From positions 14,880 to 38,879 of the forward strand of contig JAKADK010000019.1 in the NCBI GenBank assembly GCA_021820665.1: a stretch of DNA of 24,000 bases, written 5' to 3'. Both the position numbers and the translations under genes were made by a program. Source of the DNA: Actinomycetes bacterium. Lineage in GTDB: Bacteria; Actinomycetota; Acidimicrobiia; Acidimicrobiales; RAAP-2. Under the pieces are notes generated by a model. It did no database searches. It was not told the DNA's origin and worked only from the letters and a program-made list of their open reading frames with translations. Shown piece after piece: positions 20,287 through 24,000 of this stretch. Numbering within the stretch: the first letter of the stretch is position 1; every line of letters starts with the position of its first letter.

Positions 20287-21069
20287 GTGAGCGCGTTCGT
20301 CCTGGTGGTGACAGCGCTCGTGGCTGCCGCGGTGGAAGCGGTGGAGGCGTTCACGATCGTCCTCGCCACAGGGCTCACCCGGGGTTGGCGATCGGCTGTC
20401 GAAGGCTCGCTTGTCGCGCTCGGGGCCCTGGCCGTCCTCGTGGCCGTCTTCGGACCGGGCCTGATCCGGCTCGTTCCTCTCGACGTGCTGCGCCTCGTGG
20501 TCGGGACGTTCCTCGTCGTCTTCGGGCTCCAGTGGCTCCGTAAAGCGGTGCTGCGGGCTGCCGGCCTCAAGGCGAAGCACGACGAGGACGCCATCTTCGC
20601 TCGGGAGGTCGATCGGCTGGCGGAAGCCGAGGCGATCCCCGATCGCGACTCCGTCGGCTTCGTGACGGCCTTCAAGGCGGTGTTCCTGGAGGGGTTCGAG
20701 GTGATCGTGATCGTGGTCGCGCTCGGTGCGTCTTCGCACCGGCTCGGCCTCGTGGCGTTGGGCGCCCTGTGCGGGATCGTGCTCGTCACCGCCGTCGGTC
20801 TCGCCGTGCGCCGGCAGCTGGCCCGCGTGCCGGAGAACGCCTTGAAGACGACGGTCGGCGTGCTCATCACCAGCTTCGGCACGTTCTGGATCGGCGAAGG
20901 AGCCTCCTTCCGGTGGCCGGGATCCGACGGAGCCGTCGTGGCCCTGGTGGCTCTCTATCTGGCGGTCGCGGCCGTGGCCACGGTGACGCTGCGCCGCCTG
21001 GCCGGCCCGACGGGCGGTGCTCCGGCGGTGACCGGCCCGGCGATCGAGTCGGCGGAGATCAAGTCGTGA
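20287..21069 (+). CDS. integral membrane protein with an internal 2 x 3-TM duplication (LysE-superfamily-like; putative small cation/metal transporter; recalled as COG4280-like, unverified)
   Basis: 260-aa hydrophobic ORF starting at GTG 20287, the first start after an in-frame TGA at 20197. The two halves align with each other: EAVEAFTIVLATG...LVALGALAVLV...VPLDVLRLVVGTFLVVFGLQWL against EGFEVIVIVVALG...LVALGALCGIV...VPENALKTTVGVLITSFGTFWI. Each half opens with an acidic E-x-x-E motif at the start of a TM helix. Confidence 0.6.
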   Translation: MSAFVLVVTALVAAAVEAVEAFTIVLATGLTRGWRSAVEGSLVALGALAVLVAVFGPGLIRLVPLDVLRLVVGTFLVVFGLQWLRKAVLRAAGLKAKHDEDAIFAREVDRLAEAEAIPDRDSVGFVTAFKAVFLEGFEVIVIVVALGASSHRLGLVALGALCGIVLVTAVGLAVRRQLARVPENALKTTVGVLITSFGTFWIGEGASFRWPGSDGAVVALVALYLAVAAVATVTLRRLAGPTGGAPAVTGPAIESAEIKS

Positions 21070-21072
21070 CCG

Positions 21073-21405
21073 GTGGTCCTGGTGACTCGTAACCCCGGTG
21101 ACTCCGGTGACCCCGGTGACCCCGCGCCGCCAGGTGCCGACGCCGGCCCGCCCGGTGTCGTCCGGCGGGTGGTGGCCGGAGGCGGGAGCGGCATCGCCCG
21201 CTTCGGGATGTTCTGGTGGGACTTCCTCGTCGGCGACACCCCGGAGCTGACCGTGGGTGGGCTGGTCGTGCTGGCGCTGGCGCTCGTGCTCGGTGCCCGC
21301 CACCGGATCGCCGGGATGGTCGTGGTCCCGCTCGCCGTGCTCGTCGTGCTCTCCCTCTCCCTGGCGAGGGCGGTGCGTGCCTCCCGGCGATCCCGTCGCG
21401 GGTGA
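21073..21405 (+). CDS. small membrane protein (two predicted TM segments), function unknown
   Basis: The ORF begins 4 nt after the upstream stop. The hydrophobic core is FGMFWWDFLVGDTPELTVGGLVVLALALVLGARHRIAGMVVVPLAVLVVLSLSLA, followed by a basic tail RAVRASRRSRRG. The N-terminal 30 aa are low-complexity and repeat-encoded. In-frame GTGs at 21169 and 21172 are plausible true starts. Confidence 0.45.
   Translation: MVLVTRNPGDSGDPGDPAPPGADAGPPGVVRRVVAGGGSGIARFGMFWWDFLVGDTPELTVGGLVVLALALVLGARHRIAGMVVVPLAVLVVLSLSLARAVRASRRSRRG
21097..21123. repeat. 9-bp x 3 tandem repeat (ggtgac[tc]cc), with a degenerate copy at 21081
   Basis: ggtgactcc at 21097-21105, ggtgacccc at 21106-21114 and ggtgacccc at 21115-21123. 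In the ORF frame the repeat encodes GDSGDPGDP. Confidence 0.85.
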
Positions 21406-21470
21406 CCACCGGATCGCCGTGGCCGGCGTGCCGGGTCCCGCGACCACCCCGCCAGTCGAGCGCAGCGCGT

Positions 21471-21476
21471 TACCAT
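21471..21476 (+). promoter_or_regulatory. candidate -10 hexamer (TACCAT) followed by a Shine-Dalgarno AGGAG (21496-21500) ahead of ATG 21505
   Basis: A TAnnnT-class hexamer lies about 30 nt upstream of ATG 21505. AGGAG ends 4 nt before that ATG. This is sequence pattern only. Confidence 0.25.
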
Positions 21477-21504
21477 GCCACGAGCCGCCTCGGACAGGAG
21501 CACG

Positions 21505-21873
21505 ATGGACATCGAGCAGTTCTACAGCGAGGACGAACGCCGCCGCCGGTCCGCCGAGCTCGAGCTCGGGACCAACTGGTTCGACGGCAACGGGAACCGG
21601 TACGAGCTGAGCTGGGTGGAGGACACCGGTGAGCTCTACGTCATGCTCGAGCGACTTCCCGGGGCGGGGTCGTGGACGCCCTTCGGGGACATCGAGGTCG
21701 GCCAATCCTCGACGCAGTCACTGACGGTGTCCGTGGTGGGCCGGATCGCGACCCGCGAGGAGGTCGAGACCGTGCTCGGCGGTTGGGAGGAGGAGATGGG
21801 CAAGCCCGACGGCATCGTGTGGGTGGCCGACCGCCTCGCCGAGCACGGCGCGGCGGTCTCGCCTCCCGCGTGA
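21505..21873 (+). CDS. hypothetical protein (about 122 aa, soluble, acidic)
   Basis: The ORF has strong third-position GC bias. I chose ATG 21505 over ATG 21475 because AGGAG immediately precedes it. The N-terminus is MDIEQFYSEDERRRRSAELELGTNW...YELSWVEDTGELYVM. I have a vague, unverified recollection of similar conserved hypothetical proteins in actinobacteria. I recognise no catalytic motif. Confidence 0.6.
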   Translation: MDIEQFYSEDERRRRSAELELGTNWFDGNGNRYELSWVEDTGELYVMLERLPGAGSWTPFGDIEVGQSSTQSLTVSVVGRIATREEVETVLGGWEEEMGKPDGIVWVADRLAEHGAAVSPPA

Positions 21874-21923
21874 CCCGGTCCGGGCAGGGGCGACCCGTCG
21901 ACGACGGTCCCGGCTGCTCGCCC

Positions 21924-22551
21924 ATGACGATCCCGGCGGCCCGGGCGGTGTTCACCGCCGAGGGGCGGGCCCGCATCCTCGAGCCCGTCGACCGGTCGCT
22001 GGTGAGCGGGTCTCTGACGTTGGGTCCGCTGGGCGCCGCCTTCAAGGCGGCGTGCGCGAAGCGCCACCGCCACCGCCGCGGCCCATGCGGGCGGGCGCGT
22101 CGGGTTCGCCGACGCCGAACCGCGGACGCTCGGGGTGTCGGTCTCCTCGGTGGCGGCGGCGCTGACCCCGGCGGCGGCGGTGATCGTCGTCCACGTGGGC
22201 GGGGTGATCGGCCCCGGCTTGGAAGCCATCGCCGACCTGTGCGAGCGCCGAGGGGTCGTGGTGATCGAGGAAGCGGCCCACGCTGCCGTCGGCCTGGTGC
22301 ACCTGGACCACCTCGACGAGGCGATCAGCGTCCGCCGTGCGGTGGCATCCCGCTACGACGAGGCGCTGCGTCCCCTCTCCGGGGTGACCGTGCTGGAGGA
22401 GCTGCCCGGGTCGTGGCGCAACGTCTACAAGTACCCGGTGCTCCTGGATCCCGGGATCGACCAGGCCGCGCTCTGCGAGGACCTGGGCGAGCACGGCATC
22501 GCCTCGAGCGGCAAGATCGAGCACGGCATCGCCTCGAGCGGCAAGATGTAG
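21924..22551 (+). pseudogene. decayed DegT/DnrJ/EryC1/StrS-type PLP-dependent sugar aminotransferase (frameshifted, internally deleted, 3'-truncated)
   Basis: Frame 3 from ATG 21924 gives MTIPAARAVFTAEGRARILEPVDRSLVSGSLTLGPLGAAFKAACAKRH, which matches the DegT N-terminus pattern IP..RP...E.....L.SG.LT.GP....FE..FA. Homology then continues in frame 1 from about 22060: SATATAAAHAGGRVGFADAEPRTLGVSVSSVAAALTPAAAVIVVHVGGVIGPGLEAIADLCERRGVVVIEEAAHA. This compares with SGTAALH...GA.PVFVD.DP.T..I....LE.AITP.TKAI.PVH..G...DM..I...A....L.VIED.AQA. The sequence then jumps directly to LDEAISVRRAVASRYDEALRPLSGVTVLEELPGSWRNVYKYPVLL...LGEHGIAS and stops. The Gly-rich/PLP-lysine segment and the C-terminal ~60 aa expected in this family are absent. 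About 210 codons remain, against the roughly 370 usual for the family. Confidence 0.6.
22489..22548. repeat. 30-bp x 2 direct tandem duplication at the truncated 3' end of the aminotransferase pseudogene
   Basis: gagcacggcatcgcctcgagcggcaagatc at 22489-22518 is followed by gagcacggcatcgcctcgagcggcaagatg at 22519-22548, matching at 29 of 30 positions. TAG follows at 22549-22551. Confidence 0.95.
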
Positions 22552-22603
22552 CCACGTTCACGCCCGCGTTGGCGGGGTCGGTGTTGGCGCCCGGGTTGGC
22601 GGG

Positions 22604-23407
22604 GTGGCTCGTGGTGCCGGTGTGGCCGTGAAGCTGCTGCCGGGGGTGGTGGCTGGTGCCGGAGCGGTTGTCGGCGCGGCGGCGGTGGGACAGTGGGTGC
22701 CGAGCGTGGTTGCCCTGGGCCAGTGGACGACGTGGCGGGCGGTGCCCGGCGGGTGGTGCCGATGGCGGGGGCAGGGAGCCGGTGTAGCGCTCACCTTCGA
22801 CGACGGGCCGGACCCGGTATGGACGCCGGTCGTGCTCGATGTCCTGGCCCGGCTCGGGCTGCCGGCGACCTTCTTTTGCCTCGGGTCCCACGTAGACGCC
22901 TGGCCCGGCCTGGTCGGGACCGTCGTCGAGGCCGGTCATGCGGTCGGTACCCACGGCTACCACCACCGCCACCACCTCGGGCGTCCGCCGTGGTGGGTCG
23001 TGCGCGACCTCGACGCATCGCTGGCCGCGCTCGACCGGGTCGGCGTCCAGCCCCGGTGGTTCCGGCCACCTTACGGACAGGTCAGCGGACCCACGCTCGT
23101 CGCCGCCCGTTCACACCGGCTCGAGCTCGCGCTGTGGTCGGCCTGGGGACGGGAGTGGGCGGCGCCCGACGCGGGAGCCGTCGCCACGCGCCTTCTCGCC
23201 AGCCTCGTACCGGGGGCCATCGTGCTCCTGCACGACAGCGATCGTCTCTCGCCCCCGGGCTCCGTGGCGAGGATGCTCGATGCGCTCGGTCCCCTCGCCG
23301 ACGAGCTGGACCGGCGAGGGCTGGCGGCGGTGACGCTCGACGAGCTCGTCTCGCCTGCCGGTTCGCCTGCTCCCCGGACGTCCGAGAACGGAGGACGAAG
23401 CCGGTGA
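22604..23407 (+). CDS. polysaccharide deacetylase (CE4 / NodB homology domain), membrane-anchored
   Basis: The CE4 motifs are intact: TFDDGPDP (motif 1), the metal-binding His pair in HAVGTHGYHH (motif 2), FRPPYG (motif 3) and IVLLHD (motif 5). A hydrophobic N-terminal segment, KLLPGVVAGAGAVVGAAAVGQWVPSVVALG, is present. The start could be GTG 22604, 22622 or 22628. The stop TGA is at 23405-23407. Confidence 0.8.
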   Translation: MARGAGVAVKLLPGVVAGAGAVVGAAAVGQWVPSVVALGQWTTWRAVPGGWCRWRGQGAGVALTFDDGPDPVWTPVVLDVLARLGLPATFFCLGSHVDAWPGLVGTVVEAGHAVGTHGYHHRHHLGRPPWWVVRDLDASLAALDRVGVQPRWFRPPYGQVSGPTLVAARSHRLELALWSAWGREWAAPDAGAVATRLLASLVPGAIVLLHDSDRLSPPGSVARMLDALGPLADELDRRGLAAVTLDELVSPAGSPAPRTSENGGRSR

Positions 23408-24000
23408 GGCTCCGTCGGGCGCTCATGGTGTCGGGTTCCCTTGGGAAGGGCCACGACGTGGTGGCCGAGGCCTACGGTTCGACACTGGCAGCCCAGGGGG
23501 TCGTGTGGGACGTTCTCGACTCCATGGCGCTCCTGGGGCGCGGACCGGCGAGAGCGGGGAGCTGGGTGTTCCGTCGGCTGCTGTCGGTCACCGCGGCCTA
23601 CGATGCCTTCCACTTCTCTCAGCTACGCGACGACGGGTGGCTGGGTCGTGCCGCGGACCGTGCCGCCGTCGACACGATGCACGGGGCCCTGGCAGAGGCG
23701 GTGGCGGCGTTCGGGCCAGACCTGATCGTGCCGGTCTTCGCCACCGGGGCCGGGGCCACCGCCCGGCTCAAGGCCGAAGGCCTGGCGGTCCCGTCGGTGG
23801 TCGCCATCACCGATTCGTTCGCCCACCGCATGTGGGTGCACGAGCACACCGACCTCTTCTTGGTCACGTCGCGCACTGCTGCCGAGTCCGTACGCCGCTA
23901 CTGGCCCGAAGCGCCCGTCGACGTGGTCGCAGCACCGGTCCGCCCCTCGTTCCTGGCTCCGCCTTCCCGGAGCGAGGCCCGAGCGCGCCTCGGGATCCCT
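23404..24000 (+). CDS. glycosyltransferase, MGDG-synthase/UgtP-like (GT28-type N-terminal domain); 5' partial, runs off the window
   Basis: My own translation from GTG 23404, which sits in a GTGA overlap with the deacetylase stop, is open to 24000 (199 codons). It reads VRLRRALMVSGSLGKGHDVVAEAYGSTLAAQGVVWDVLDS...AFGPDLIVPVFATGAGATARLKAEGLAVPSVVAITDSFAHRMWVHEHTDLFLVTSRTAAESVRRY...VVAAPVRPSF. This matches the G-x-G-H N-terminal motif and the D..V.T.......LK......P...V.TD...H..W.....D...V pattern of diacylglycerol glycosyltransferases. The ORF is absent from the track because it is not closed. Confidence 0.65.
   Translation, partial: MRLRRALMVSGSLGKGHDVVAEAYGSTLAAQGVVWDVLDSMALLGRGPARAGSWVFRRLLSVTAAYDAFHFSQLRDDGWLGRAADRAAVDTMHGALAEAVAAFGPDLIVPVFATGAGATARLKAEGLAVPSVVAITDSFAHRMWVHEHTDLFLVTSRTAAESVRRYWPEAPVDVVAAPVRPSFLAPPSRSEARARLGIP

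Overview
Very GC-rich, actinobacterium-like chromosomal segment. Every gene I can support is on the + strand. Positions 101-16753 hold seven alpha-glucan/trehalose genes: glgE, a treS-pep2 fusion, malQ, glgB, treZ, glgX and treY. All six junctions are start/stop overlaps (ATGA, GTGA, ATGA, TGATG, GTGA, ATGA), so this looks like one translationally coupled operon. Downstream lie a DUF151 bifunctional-nuclease-family gene, a CPA2-type cation/proton antiporter fused to two USP-like domains, and a 309-nt unannotated gap with coding-like third-position periodicity. After the gap come an internally duplicated 2x3-TM membrane protein with a small membrane protein, a small hypothetical protein, a heavily decayed DegT-type aminotransferase pseudogene, a CE4 polysaccharide deacetylase, and the 5' part of a GT28/MGDG-synthase-like glycosyltransferase. 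Several enzymes carry short in-frame tandem repeats with units of 9, 15, 18, 27 or 30 bp. One perfect 3 x 10-bp repeat is intergenic. I recognise no rRNA, tRNA, CRISPR array, transposase, integrase or defence-type gene, and no convincing undescribed multi-gene system. The points most worth a second look are the operon architecture, the coding-like gap at 19979-20290, the antiporter-USP fusion and the decayed aminosugar locus. All functional calls rest on motif recognition by eye, with no database search. Start codons other than the overlap-coupled ones are uncertain.
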